In this document: piece by piece, positions 36,897-51,208 of the stretch
Numbering within the stretch: position 1 is the first letter of the stretch
How the letters are laid out: each line of letters begins with the position of its first letter
From: Eledone cirrhosa
Taxonomy: Eukaryota
Reading direction: 5' to 3'
Length of the DNA stretch: 64,000 nucleotides
NCBI GenBank assembly: GCA_964016885.1
Contig: OZ024741.1
Location: 60,202,001 to 60,266,000 of the forward strand
Position numbers and translations under genes: made by a program
The notes under the pieces: model-generated
Databases searched by the model: none
What the model saw: only the letters and a program-made list of their open reading frames with translations
Told to the model about the DNA's origin: nothing

Positions 36897-37169
36897 ATAC
36901 ATATGTATGTATATATATATATGTGTGTATATATTGGTAAACGGAATAGAAAATGCTGACAAATTGTTCACAGTTGAAAAATGCTTTAATTAGGAATAAA
37001 AGAGTATTAGTGATTGTATGGGTTAGTATTCAGTTGTGGTTTTAAGTTTTTAAGTTTTTACCGGTTGCGCATTTCTAAATGCTTTTTAAAAATAATTTTG
37101 ATATAGAGTGTCCGTGTTGTTTGCTCTGATCTGTTTTTTTTTTTTTTTGCGCGCGATCGCGCACTTAAA

Positions 37170-40100
37170 CCACTGGGAGTGAAGAAACCCTAGCCCTTGT
37201 CAGGGCATTCTTCTAGGAGAAGGCATCTCAGGAAACTGTGTTAACTCCGATATAAAACCTGCGGCTCAGTAGTTACCGATGATGTTGATCTTTTCTTCTT
37301 TTCGGGTTATAGCTACTGTCGCTCAGAGAGTGGGATTGGCTCAGTGCACAGTCTTTCCTCACTTTAAAAATATTCGTCACGCACAGGCATTGCACGAGTC
37401 CATTAATAATTATTAATAGTGTACTATTATTATTGTTACTATCATTATTACTTTTTTTTTTTTTTTTTTTTTTTTCCCAATTCAATGATGTTCCAGAACA
37501 ATGTAAACGAGATAATTGCCAATTTAGGTTCTGGAACAAAAAAGATCATTGGCAATAAGGGCAGGGGCCCCAAGTTATCACAACCTGGGCCCGCCCGTCA
37601 TCGTGCCATTGTAATAGAGCCAAACAGGGCATTTAGTCTTGGCTGCTGGAACGTACGGACGCTGCTTGACAGGAATTCTTTGGAGCGTCCTGAACGAAGG
37701 ACCGCTCTTGTTGCAAAGGAGCTTCGACGTTACGATCTTGACATCGTGGCTTTATCTGAGACGAGGTTAGCTGGAGATGGTCATCTTACGGAATTTTGTG
37801 GAGAATATACATTCTTCTGGAAAGGAAGAGATGAAGGAACCAGAAGAGAGGCTGGGGTAGGATTTGCTGTTAAGACTGTACTTGTGAATAAATTAGAAGA
37901 ATTCCCAGTAGGGATTAGTGAGCGTCTTATGTCCATGAGAGTTCCGCTGGACAAGGGAAGATATGCTACCCTGGTGAGTGTGTATGCTCCAACTATGAAT
38001 TCTGTCGATGAAGAAAAACTGTCCTTTTACCATGCCTTGAAAGGTGTTCTAAGAAATATCCCTCAGGCAGACAAAGTCTTCGTGCTTGGTGACTTTAATG
38101 CTAGAGTGGGTAGGGATTTTAACACATGGAATGTAATCGGAAGGCATGGGGTGGGAAAGTGTAACAGCAATGGTATGCTCTTGCTGCAGATGTGTGAGGA
38201 GCTGGATCTGTGTGTTACCAACACCATGTTCCAACAAAAGAACAAATTCAAGACCACATGGATGCATCCTGCATCTAAGGAATGGCATCTTTTGGACTAC
38301 GTCCTAGTCAGGATGCGTGACAGACAGGATGTGCAGTGTGTTCGTGTTCTTCGTGGAGCTGAGTGCTGGACGGACCACCGCCTGGTACGCGCAAAAGTGA
38401 ATCTAATCACCAAACGTAAAATCCGGGCTCCTGGTGTTACCCTGCCCAAAAGATTGAATGCTGCTCGTCTTAAGGATAAAAATGTGAAGAGGACATTGGA
38501 AGAAGAGATGCAGGCTGCAGATCTTGGTGAGGATTGGCCGACCCTTAAAAAGTCAGTTTATGATGTAGGCAGACGTGTTCTGGGATTGGTGCAGAGAAAA
38601 CATCAGGACTGGTTTAATGAGAATGATGTACATATAGAAGACTTGTTGGCTGATAAGAGGCGTGCTCTGTCACGCTACTTGACGGCAAAACCACAGGAGA
38701 GGAATACGTTGCATGAGGAGCTCAGGGATGTAAAATCACGTGTTAGGCGGAGTCTTTCTCAGATGAAGGATCAGTGGTGGAGTGAGAAGGCTGGTGAGAT
38801 ACAAACTGCGTCTGATTGCAATAACACAAAGCTGTTGTACAGTCTCTTGCGTGAGGTTTATGGACCGTCTTCTTCTCTGGTGACACCGATTCACAGCAAG
38901 GATGGCAAAGAACTTCTTCGTGACTCACAGGGAATTCTACGAAGGTGGCGAGAGCACTTTGATGATCTTTTGAATCAGCCGTCTGTCGTCAGTGAAGATT
39001 TCCTCAATCTCATTCCGGAAAGTCCTGTGAAAGTAGCTCTCGCAGAACCTCCGACGCTTGTGGAGGTTGCAGTGTCTATTTCGAAGCTGAACAGTGGAAG
39101 ATCTCCAGGTATGGATGGCATACATGCTGAGCTCCTACAATATGGTGGTGAGAGACTCCTGCAACATCTTCACTCTTTGTTTGGAAGGATATGGGCTAAT
39201 GAATCCGTGCCTGAGGACTGGAGAGATGCAGTAATGGTGGTCTTGTACAAGGGAAAGGGTAACAGGAATGATTATTGGAACTACAGAGGTATATCATTGC
39301 TTTCTGTCGTAGGGAAAGTTTTATGTAGGGTGCTTCTGGACCGTCTGCTGACACACATTGCAGATTGTGTCCTTCCTGAAAGTCAATCTGGTTTTCGTGC
39401 TGGACGCGGCACTACTGATATGATCTTCTAAGCTAGACAGCTCCAGGAGAATTGCATTGAACAAGGTTTGGATCTGTATCAGGTTTTTGTCGATCTGACA
39501 AAGGCTTTCGATACTGTCAACAGAGATGCATTATGGAAGGTTCTCCAGAAACTTGGTTGCCCTGATAAGTTCCTTGCTTTAGTTAGGTCTTTCCATGACG
39601 ACATGAAGGCTTGGGTTAATGTCGGAGGTAACATGTCGGAGCCTATCTCAGTAAAAAATGGAGTGAAACAGGGGGATATTCCAGCACCGACCCTGTTTGC
39701 CATATACTTTGCAATGGTTTTCTGTATTGCATTCAGGAATTGCGAGCATGGTGTTTCCATCCGATATCGAACCTCAGGCAGCATATTTAACATCAGGCGC
39801 TTTGCTGCGATGACAAAAGTATTTACATCAGTCATAAGAGACCTCTTGTATGCACATGATTGCGATCTTGTAGCGCACACAGAGAGTGATATGCAGCACA
39901 TTTTGAATGCATTTTCTGACGCTTGCACTGCCCTGGGTTTGACTGTCAGTCTCAAGAAAACCGTCGTCATGTACCAACCTGCCCCTAGTAAGCAGTACAC
40001 TGAACCAAACATCTATGTGTATGACAAACGACTTGGAGTGGTTGATCAGTTTGTCTACCTGGGAAGCACTGTCAATCGATACGGCAACCTTGACAGTGAA

Positions 40101-41036
40101 ATCTCACTTAGGATTAGGAAAGCAAGTGATGCTTTCGGAAAGCTAGAAAGGAGACTCTGGGGTCGGCGAGACATATGCAGGAGGACAAAGGTAAAGGTGT
40201 ACAGGGCATGTGTACTCTCTTGTCTTCTTTATGCCTGCGAGACTTGGGTCACATATCGACGCCACCTTAAGCAATTGGAGCGTTTCCATCAGATGTGTCT
40301 CAGACGGATCCATGGCGTTCACTGGAGGGACCACATCAGTGATTTCGAGATTTTGGAAAGCTCTATGAGTGACAGTATAGAAGCTCTTGTGCTTAAGCAA
40401 CGACTCCGTTGGAGTGGTCACCTTGCCAGGATGAAGGATTCTAGAATACCAAAACAACTCTTCTATGGAGAGTTGGTTAAAGGAAAACGACCGCCACATA
40501 AACCAAAAAAGAGGTATAAGGATTCCTTGAAAGCCTCTCTGAAAGACGCTAAAATCTCTGCTGATACATGGGAAAATATTGCTGCTGATCGTAATAAATG
40601 GAGAAAGACTGTATATGAGGGAAAAGTTGCCTTTGAGGCATCTCGAATCGCACACGAGAAAGTAAAGCGGGACGTGAGGAAGGGCATTGCTGTTGCACTT
40701 CCAGACGGCGAGGGTCCTCCTATGGTGCTGACATGCAGCGTCTGTGCGAGACTCTGCCTAAGCAAAGCTGGACTCGAAAGTCATCTTCGCAGTCATAAAG
40801 TAAGACCAGTGGTTGACTACGAGGCTGCTGTTGGAGATGCTACTCATCATGCTTGCCAAACATGTGGTAGAGAATGTAAATCAGCAGGAGGGCTCAAGCG
40901 ACATGCAAAAGTACACGAACTCCAACCACAGCCGACTATTCCCAGTGAATGTTTTGGTTGCCAACTCTGTGCAAGACATTTTAGATCATTGGCTGGGCTA
41001 AAAATCCACATTCGATCGCAGCACTGTTAGTTGCTA

Positions 41037-41076
<40 letters not shown>

Positions 41077-41353
41077 GCTTATGTGCGTGCGTGTGTGTAT
41101 ATATATATGAATATGTATATTATTATTGTTGTTGTCGTTATTATTATTATTGCTATTATTATTGCTATTATTATTATTATTATTATTATTATTGTTATTA
41201 ATGTATGTGTGAGTGTATGTGTATGTATGTGTGTATGTATATATGTATGTATGTATATATATATATATATATATTTCTTTTTTTTTATTATTATTATTAT
41301 TTTTTTTTCTTCTCTTGCAATGGCCATACTCGATAACGAGGGGGCAGCCATCA
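37170..41353 (+). mobile_element. RTE-clade LINE with three C-terminal C2H2 fingers, nearly intact
   Basis: Partial 5' UTR, single long ORF, 3' UTR expanded by microsatellites, terminal ggccatactcgataacgagggggcagccatcat then (CATA/TA)n. Confidence 0.93.
37485..41030 (+). pseudogene. RTE ORF (APE, RT, 3x C2H2) with one in-frame stop and YADD to YAHD
   Basis: GCWNVRTL, VALSETRL, LGDFNARVG, WTDHRLV, YRGISLLS, FVDLTKAFD, GVKQGD, LYAHD; TAA at 39429-39431 separates two same-frame ORFs; fingers CSVC..H..H, CQTC..H..H, CQLC..H..H. Confidence 0.92.
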
Positions 41354-41391
41354 TATACATATGTATATATGTATATATGTATATATGTATA

Positions 41392-41465
<74 letters not shown>

Positions 41466-42290
41466 ATATTAATACAATAACAGAGATAGTTTAAAGCTAA
41501 TCTCTGACTAGTAACCATCTGACTCAACAAACATTAGGTTATATTTTAATATAAACCCAATTTAAGTGTTTGGGGTGCTAACAATATGTATTATGTGGAA
41601 AAGCCAGTTGTATTATTTTATGAGATATAATTAAAGTTAAAATATATCTCTCTTTCCAAACAATTGTTTCATTATAAGTTTTCTACAAATTCGGAGAATA
41701 TTTCCAGTTTATGTAGAAGCCTAATATACGTTCATGTAAGAATATATTTAGGTGGGGTCTTATAAATCATCAGTGGAAGCCCAATAAACTTTGATATAAG
41801 AAAAACATTTCTTACCACAGTTAAAAATCGTGTCCGTTAAGTTGCTCCTTCTCGCATCGAATGACCGACAAATTTGAAATTCCAGCAGTTTTTGACTGAG
41901 GAAGTATTATGGCGTCACTAAGCGGGAAGGGGAGACAACTACGATCCACGAAAGGAGGAAAAAAAAAATATACACGCGGGTTAATCAGTTTTTTTCGAAA
42001 ACATTATCAATCCAACGTGTTAAGAGCTCAATTGAAATTAAAAAAATAAATATATGCGTGTATAAATTAGACACGCATATAGATATTTTCTTAGGCTAAA
42101 AACAGAGGTTGTACCTAAATAAGAAACCGCATCTCGTAACCGTAGTAAATACGGAAAGTTATGCTTTAAAGGGCAAATGGGAATATATATATATATATAT
42201 ATATGTATGTATATATACATATATATATATGTGTATGTATGAATATATATATGTATGTATGTATGTATGTATATATATATATATATATAT

Positions 42291-42885
42291 GTCAGGTTAC
42301 CAGTTGGTGCTACTGGTAAATGTATCTCAGCACAACCTGTCTCATGGTCGGGTCGTTGGGGACTAAACTGGCAACCCCACCAAGGTTTCTTGGTGAGGAG
42401 GGTGACTTTGGACATCCTGCAGGACTAAAAACAAAACCTGTCAAAGGGCAAAGGAGCTGTTAAGAGTCAATGGCCTTCCAAAATCACGGGGAGAGATGAC
42501 CCCTTAGCATTTGTCAACGCAGAATTCTAGAAGGAAAACTCTGATATAACACCTGCAACCCTGATGGTATCCAATGATGTTGACTTGTTATTCTTTTTGG
42601 TAAATATCATCTTGTTTAAGAGTGTGGGACTGGCTTTGTGCAGTGCCTTTGCTCACTATAAAAGCTTAGGCATTGCTTTATATCTGGAGATCTCTCTGCA
42701 CTTGTCGTTACATGATACCATGGGCCCAGCACTATGTGTCAATAATTGTCACAAGTGTAGTGTTTGTACCAGAGTTTTCAAGTCGCTGGCTGGAATAAAA
42801 AGTCACACTCGTTCAGCGCATCGGTAGGGGTTCTCCTACATGGATATAAAGTAGTGGCCGTACTCGAAAACGAGTTGGCAGCCAC

Positions 42886-42888
<3 letters not shown>
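42291..42888 (+). mobile_element. Bipartite RTE derivative, copy D (complete)
   Basis: Same family; ORF 42564-42827 ends [26 protein letters not shown]; flanked by (TA)n. Confidence 0.88.
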
Positions 42889-42949
<61 letters not shown>

Positions 42950-42957
42950 AATATATG

Positions 42958-42988
<31 letters not shown>

Positions 42989-43149
42989 ATATATATGTAT
43001 GTGTATATATATATGTATAATCTTTTTAAAAGAATTTTTTTTAAAATAAATATTCTTATTTTACGTCTTTTATACATATATATATATGTATATATATATA
43101 TACACATATACATGTATGTATATATATATAATATGTATATATGTATATA

Positions 43150-43213
<64 letters not shown>

Positions 43214-43761
43214 CACATATTCACATATATATATGTATATATATATATACATACACATTCACATATATATATATATATGTGTATAAATATTTTCATTGAC
43301 TATTCTCATAATGTTATATAGCTTTAATTATTTATTTAATTCTTTACTCATCGAGCCACACCGTTGAGGGTAGACAACACTCATATATGTATCTGTAACT
43401 ATGTTTAAATATATATGTCCTTATGACTTTATTCTCTACTCCCTTACGGTTGAGTAAAACGTAGGTGGTAACTAACTGCTTCTTCTAGCAATGAACTTAC
43501 TTGGCATCGGCCTACCTTTCACAACAACTCTATCTAGATCGCTAGCCACGTGATGATTTTCATACTATTGGATTCGTTACTAACAGCGATCAATTTAAAA
43601 ATTTCGCTCCTAATTGAGGGAATCTCTTGAAAAGCTCTAAATCTCAATAGATAATACAACAATTAGACATTTCCACCAATTAAGAACAAAACTATCGATA
43701 ATCGGGACTGGGAGAATGTTTAGTAACATTTATCTATTTTTTCTTCAAACTTACATTTTAG

Positions 43762-43959
43762 ACTTAGCTCTGTTTAAATGATTATTTGTCAATTAATTTT
43801 TACGTACTAAGAGGAAAGACTAGGTAAATGTTATCTCACTGTTCCTCATAAAGGAATATTGATAACATATATCTGGTATTTCGTGAAAGTTATATTTTTA
43901 ACTTAACTCCGTTTAAACGATTATTTGTCTAGTTAATTTCTACGGACTAAGAAGAAAAC
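43762..43959 (+). repeat. Imperfect ~58 bp direct repeat (43762-43820, 43901-43959)
   Basis: acttagctctgtttaaatgattatttgtc..actaagaggaaagac versus acttaactccgtttaaacgattatttgtc..actaagaagaaaac. Confidence 0.7.
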
Positions 43960-43999
43960 ATGTGAGACATTTTCACTGACTCTTCTTCAAATTTATAAT

Positions 44000-44080
<81 letters not shown>

Positions 44081-44083
<3 letters not shown>

Positions 44084-45308
44084 AATAGAGACCAAAATCT
44101 TATAGTAGAAGGAGTAAAATCCAGCCAAGCCAAAGTCAGTAGTGATGTCCCGCATGGCACTGTGTTGGACCCACTTCTTTTCATTATCTATATTAATGAG
44201 TAGTGGATTGGCAGTATCAGTAGAGGGTCGGACGCCATGCTTTGCAGCATAGAGTAACAGCCCTCTACGGCCTGATTTCAAATCCCACCGAGTTTAACTT
44301 TGCATTTCATCCTACTTGGTCGATAAAATAAAGCACCAGTAATGCAGTGGGATAATTGCTGGCCTTGTGCCTATAGTAGAAATCATTATCTATATTAATG
44401 ACATTACTGACATCATCAAGCACAGCAGCATAAAAATCTTCGCAGATGATTCCAAGCTCCAGAAGGTCATCAATGTTGTGGGTGACCGGATATACCTCCT
44501 ATCCGATCTACTGGCTCTTATCCAATGGGCGGAAAAGAACAACATGCAGCTGAACGAGGATAAATTTGAGTTAATGCACTCTGGAAAAGAGGATGCCCTG
44601 AAGCTCCTATAATCCCTTACTTCGGGTGACACACGCGTGGCCTCCAACAACATCAGAAACTTGGGATTAGTTATGGACAACAACATAAGCTGTGCTACTC
44701 ATATAAAGAGCAAAGTTGACATGGCCCGCAGAATGTCTTCCTGGATTCTCAGAACACGAAACAAAGTATCAGGAAAATTGAAGCTCCTCAAAGGTCAATC
44801 ACAAAAACGATAGATGGCATGTCAGACTTTGACTATTGGGGTCGACTAGAAAAACTCAAACTTTATTCTCTCCAACGTTCTCGTGAGCGCTGCATTATCT
44901 GCATGATGTGGAAAATATTCCATTAGAATTTCCCAAATGATCTTGGCATTAACTTTAAAGTATACCCAAGGCTTGGGCCCCGTACTATCCGCCCACAGCA
45001 AAAATCACACTCGCATCTCATAACAACAATAGGACAAAATTATTTCAACTTAATTGGCCCCATTCTCTTCAACATTACACCAAAACTCATTAAAACAGAA
45101 ACAAACCCCATATAATTCAATAAAATTTCGACAAATTCCTTCAAGAAATCCCGGATAAACCTCCTACACCCGGATATATCTCCGCAAACAATAACTCCCT
45201 TCTTGGGTGGGCCATGGTGTCCAAATCCTGATTTGAAAGACTTCGCCAGCTGGTGCTATTAAATTAGACATGGTGCGGGCCAATACTGGCCAAAACCTTT
45301 CAAAGTTA
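44081..45308 (+). mobile_element. 5'-truncated CR1-group LINE (RT C-terminal half), degenerate
   Basis: VEGVKSSQAKVSSDVPHGTVLDPLLFIIYIN / DITDIIKHSSIKIFADDSKL..LIQWAEKNNMQLNEDKF; interrupted by a SINE. Confidence 0.85.
44200..44382 (+). mobile_element. SINE family A inserted in the CR1-group RT, 19 bp TSD
   Basis: TSD tcattatctatattaatga at 44181-44199 and 44383-44401. Confidence 0.93.
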
Positions 45309-45320
45309 TACACACACACA

Positions 45321-45359
<39 letters not shown>

Positions 45360-45456
45360 ACACACATACATATATATATATATACTCTTTTTTTTTTTTT
45401 TTTTTTTGTTACCTGTTTCAGCCATCCGGCTGTACATATGTACATGTGCGTGTGTG

Positions 45457-45532
<76 letters not shown>

Positions 45533-45899
45533 CTTTTCAAATATTGTTGTCTTACAGTTTATACGCTGAAGATTATTAATCTTTGAAAAGGAAACAAACA
45601 AGGACTTGTTGTAACAACACCTCATACGCCTGCTACTTTCACTCTTCCAATAACGCCGACATATTGTATTTTGATTTCGTTCAATTTCCCTTCGTTGAGC
45701 AAAGTAAAACGAAATATAAAATATGAATACATAGATTTCCTTTTCCTTTTTCTTAAGTAAATATTGGAAATTTTTAAGCTACTTGTATTTTGGAATGTTC
45801 TTATTTAAGCTTAGCGGAAAATTCTTTAAGATTTGACTTCATATTTGTGTTCATGCGTTAAATTATAGATCGAGAGAAAATAAATAAATATATATATAC

Positions 45900-46028
<129 letters not shown>

Positions 46029-46294
46029 GTTTATATGTGTATCTACACTCATCAGTACTTCACACGTTTAATATAAATATAATTGATCAACTCAAACTTA
46101 TAACAAATAACATCATCAACCACAAACAAACACTCTCTCATTTTTACGATATACATACATGAATATATATATATATATATATAACATATATGTATATATT
46201 TAACATATATATATATATATATATATATATAACATATATGTATATATTTAAATATATATATATATATAACATATATGTATATATATATGTAAAC

Positions 46295-46326
<32 letters not shown>

Positions 46327-47875
46327 TTGTGTGTGTATATACATTATAAATATTTATTCATACATATATAAAATTAGAGAAAATTAACCAAATATATCCA
46401 TCAAATCAACAATATTTATTTTCAACATATGTTTCGATTTGTACAGATAAAAATACGATTACTCATAATTAACATTAAACATTAACGTTAAAAACAATTG
46501 CATTATCGATGTAAACATCAATTTATCAAATTATTTGCACCATCTCTTCGGGAAAACGAAAATCATTAAAATTGATGTCAATTTAAATGGACAGAAAATA
46601 ACAGACAGTCCTCGGATGAATCGGTAGAAACACATTTACTGAAAGTGCAAACAAATTACTTATATTTGAGTAAGTTAAATTAGTAATTTACAAAGTATAA
46701 ATTATAAATTTACCAATTTAGTGAAAACAAATACTAGCATGTATTTATTAATTCCGCTGTATTAGAAATAAAACAGGAATATATCTACATAAGGAGCACC
46801 AGATAAAGACATAATAAACACCCAGAATAAATTATAGTTAACCACGAACCCAAGCAAACATAACCCATATCCCTACAAACGACCACAATCACCATATCCT
46901 TTATGTCCCCCCTTCTGGCAAAGCAAGCAAAGACCTGCAGCAACTAAGTTAATGGGTGTAACGGGTGTCATTAGGCTGCAACATTGTATTACTTAGTTTC
47001 TATATAATGCTAATCTGCAGCCACTACTACACCCTAACGTAATTGACATGGTACACACTCATAAGCAATACAACGCTTCGGAACAACCATCAACCCAAAT
47101 CCCTTACAAACCTGACACGGAGCACAGACATACATCGACTCTAACCCTACGATCACCCACCAGAACTCCATCTGACAACACTCAGAAGAGACCCTGCAAT
47201 CACCATCAATTAATTCAAAAACATGCCCCACTTAACGAACGAATAAACCAGTGAAGGAAAGACACGAAGTCATAAGACCAGCCAATAGATAGCCGAGTTA
47301 ATACGACCACAAAACTTGAGAAACAACTGAGCTTGAACATAAAAAAGGAAATTTATATATATATGTATATATATATATGTATATATGTATAAAATATATA
47401 GATTTACATATACATAAACTAGACAGAGCCATGGATATAGATATATGTCTGTTTTGGCAACCATTCACGGTGTGGATCAATGACGAATTAATTAATCAAA
47501 TAATCAACAATCAGAGCAATATACAAGAAAATACGTTCATAGAATCATTTGATAAAATATATACAGTATTTCCTCTCCCAATCAGCATAATCAATCACAC
47601 AAAAAAATCAATTAAACAAGGCTATAAGTTTAAAAAGCACCTATTAAGAAACAATAGATAAATAAACGATAGCTATTTTATCCGCGATCAACAGCCACAG
47701 AATATTTACCCAGTATTTCTAATAGCCCGTGGAAATCGATTAGATATAACCATACACAATTAGGTACAAAATCAAAGTTGAAGAAAAAATGTATATAAGC
47801 ATACCAAAATTATGTCTCTGCCCCATGAAGTTTCATTCGCCAAAAACTCATAGATATATATATATGGCTCTGTCT

Positions 47876-48135
<260 letters not shown>

Positions 48136-48309
48136 TCACATGCCCACATATCCCACATTTATATGTATATACATATATATATATATATGTGTGCGTGTGT
48201 CTGTGTGTGTGTGTGTGCGTGCGTGTGTGTGAATATATACAACAACATGCTTCTGCATTTTTATGTGAGTTTATATTGACAAACACATCCATAGATATTT
48301 ATATACGAT

Positions 48310-48715
48310 TATATCGCCTTTGATGTCGTCACTCTGATGCGCTTCTGATCTACGTTCGTGTATTTTGGCACCCTTTTGTGGAAATCTTTTTCATGCTCTG
48401 AATGTTGTAGATAATGTGACCAAGTCTTTCGCGGCAAATCCCCAGAGTCACAATTATGACTAGCTAAAATCCGGCGGTCCTCGAGAATCATCACATTCAC
48501 AGCGTCGGTTTTGTTCTCTGTGGTCGTGGAAGCTGGCCGTCATGACCGGGCTTCATCTGTGACCTCAAAATGACAAGCCCGAAACATTGGCACCCAGATT
48601 TTCACTGTGGAGTAAGATGGGCAGCCATCCTTCAATGCTTCGTTCAACTAGCCATGGATTTCCACCGCCTGTTTGCCTTGCACAAAGAGAAATTTATCAT
48701 CACCCGTTTTTCAAT
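48310..48715 (-). pseudogene. Mariner-type transposase N-terminal fragment
   Basis: Minus-strand remnants NFLFVQGKQAVEIH, PSYSTVKIWV..F, DEARS.RP, MILEDRRI, MKKIST, typical of mariner HTH domains up to the WVP region; frameshifted. Confidence 0.75.
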
Positions 48716-48884
48716 TTAAACAAAATCTAACGTAGGATCTGCCACCATGTGAGAGGAAAACATTTCGTGCTTGATTGTATTCACGATCGTATTCTTTCGG
48801 TCATTACCCTAAATTCATAAGACGCTAAATATTACTCACATTTGCAACTCTTGAGTTTAATTTCAGTTTTTTATTATTAGTCAG

Positions 48885-49071
48885 GTAAAGGATTGGCAGT
48901 ATCGGTAGAGGGTCGGACACCATGCTTTGTAGCATATAGTTACGTCCCTTTACAGTCTGAGTTCAAATCCCGCCGAGGTTAACTTTGCCTTGTATCCTAC
49001 GGGGTCGATAAAATAAAGTACCAGTAATACACTGGTATAATTGCTGGCCTTGTGCCAAAAGTAGAAACAAT
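48885..49071 (+). mobile_element. SINE family A, full length
   Basis: A box tggcagtatcggtag, B box gagttcaaatc; imperfect TSD attat(t/c)agtcag. Confidence 0.9.
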
Positions 49072-49729
49072 TATCAGTCAGATAACTAATGTATTTATCA
49101 GTTTGCTTGGCAAGCGAGTGATTATTTCATAGTCAAAACTCTTTCATTACACTTTTGTGATCTTCTCAATTATTATATTAACTCTCTGTGTCTCCTCTTC
49201 GTTTCGATTCTGTTCCAGTTACTCAAACGTTTTTACCTGACTAATGCTAAAAAGCAATGCGAAACTTAACTAGTGCGTGCATTTTATTTGCAACATGGCC
49301 TTTCCAAAATATATCAGTTTCTGTTTCAATACATCAAGAATTTTGCTAAAAAATATGAAATTGAAATTATTTAATTATGTTTCGGCAGTATCGGTAGAGG
49401 CTCACATACCAATGCAAATCTTTGCAATGCAAATCTGTGGTGTAATTTGGTCACCAATTATTATTTTACTCAGCAAACGACACAGCTGTATCATACTTTA
49501 TCTTGCTATTTCATACTATAGATTCTATACATGAATTTTGATATAAATATATCATATTGCAATACAAAAGGAATACAACAGAATAAATTTTGGTATACGA
49601 CACACGTTTATTATCTGGGAGACACTTACTCTTACATCAATGATTTGCATTTAAATGCCTTACTGTTTTCCCGTCAACAAAATTGAACTATTATAGTCAA
49701 ACGTGACACTGTCATCATAGAGAAACATG

Positions 49730-49926
49730 TGGACGCAGCATGGCCGAATATATAAGAGGTTTGGTTCTCAATCATTAAGTCCTGCATTAGATCTCACTGC
49801 GTTTGCATCATGTAGCCTAGTGTTTACATATGCCTGATGAGTGAAATTGGTTGGACGAAAACTGTTCGGAAGCCCGTCGAATGGACTGTACTTATATAAT
49901 TCAAAGACCGGCTTTGTCATTCACTG
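49730..49926 (+). mobile_element. Degenerate tRNA-derived SINE (family C/B related)
   Basis: gcatggccgaat..aagag head; gacgaaaactg..gaagcccgtcg body similar to 7190-7330. Confidence 0.5.
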
Positions 49927-50961
49927 GGGCGACCCGGGACTGTAGTAATGATGCTTAAGATTGAACCTGAAACTTAATAATTACTAGTTGAACCTCTAAC
50001 CATTTGGTCATGCGGCGTCCTCATACCACGAAACAACAGTACATTTTCTTTTAAACTGGTTCCTTGTAATAAACTATTCCGAATAGTCAGAATGAGAATT
50101 AGATTGTAAGTGATTAAATATGATGGCACGTGACGATAATAGTTATTCAGTTGATGTTAAATTTATGTTATACTCTCTGCTTGCTTCTAAGCCGAATAAT
50201 TTTAGTTAATATATTCATCTCACGTGATGAGAAAAGCTTCTGAATATATGTAACGAAGATAATTATAGAAGCAATTATTTTTTTCTTCATATCTTTAATT
50301 TTAATGTTGTATATGTGTTAGAGTATAGAAAATAGCGGGAGAAGTGCAGACAACCCGTCCTAATTAATAATTCTTCAAAAACTATTTACAAATCCATCGA
50401 TTCATATGTGATTAGAAAATCAAGAAACACCTTTTACGGAGTGATATAGAGTAGTAAATTGATGTTTATAAAACAGCGGTCATGTAGATGAGTGCCTTAA
50501 TAAACCATCTGTATAATAACAGAGCTGGTATACTAAACACACACACAAACACACATACACACACGTACACACGCGCGCGCGCGCACTCACTATTTTGGGG
50601 GACATGTTTTCAATAACAATCATGCAGCAGTTGTGTTTCATTTATAAGTAAGGTAAATAATCTATTCATCGGTTGGTGGATATTCAATTGTCAAAGCCCT
50701 CTCGTTACTCATTCTGTATCTTTCGCAATGAATATTTTGGCCGTCACGTACCAGTTGAATTTCACTCCTAAAATTACTATTTTCGCTCTCTTTACCTCAT
50801 CTTCGAATAGAAACGGAGAGTTGAGAGTGGGCCAGAATAGTCATTTCAGACATGAAACTCAACTGGTATGTGTGTGTTTATTGACAGAATGTGCCTCGCA
50901 TTGTATAACAACATTTTCTTTAAAATCTGATTTCACATCTTGCAAAATAAATATCAAAACA

Positions 50962-51092
<131 letters not shown>

Positions 51093-51172
51093 TGGATCTG
51101 TTATGTTTATCTAAACACATGTTTCCAATTTCACCGAGCCCGTCCCTTCAATCTATCTTATTTCTCATTTGT

Positions 51173-51208
51173 TCTTCTGATGAAGGAGTAACGTCCGAAA
51201 CGTTAAGA
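51173..51208 (+). ncRNA. Minimal hammerhead ribozyme (PLE type)
   Basis: tctt-CTGATGA-a-gga(gtaacg)tcc-GAA-acgt-t-aaga; palindromic acgt stem III as described for minimal PLE hammerheads. Confidence 0.7.

Noticed and set aside
40730-41030. Host C2H2 zinc-finger gene
   Set aside because: Fingers are in frame with the RTE reverse transcriptase and lack TGEKP linkers.
41895-42050. ggaagt..ATGGCG promoter-like motif with short basic ORF (MASLSGKGRQLRSTKGGKKK)
   Set aside because: Under 50 codons, no recognisable homology or clear splice donor; cannot be supported without expression data.
46800-47340. Possible decayed PLE or other element fragment (also 52640-52850 and 63600-64000)
   Set aside because: Composition is suggestive but no diagnostic motif could be read.
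49833-49862. CTGATGA..GAAA hammerhead-like match
   Set aside because: Only 2 bp of stem II, no stem I or III; lies in a decayed SINE body.
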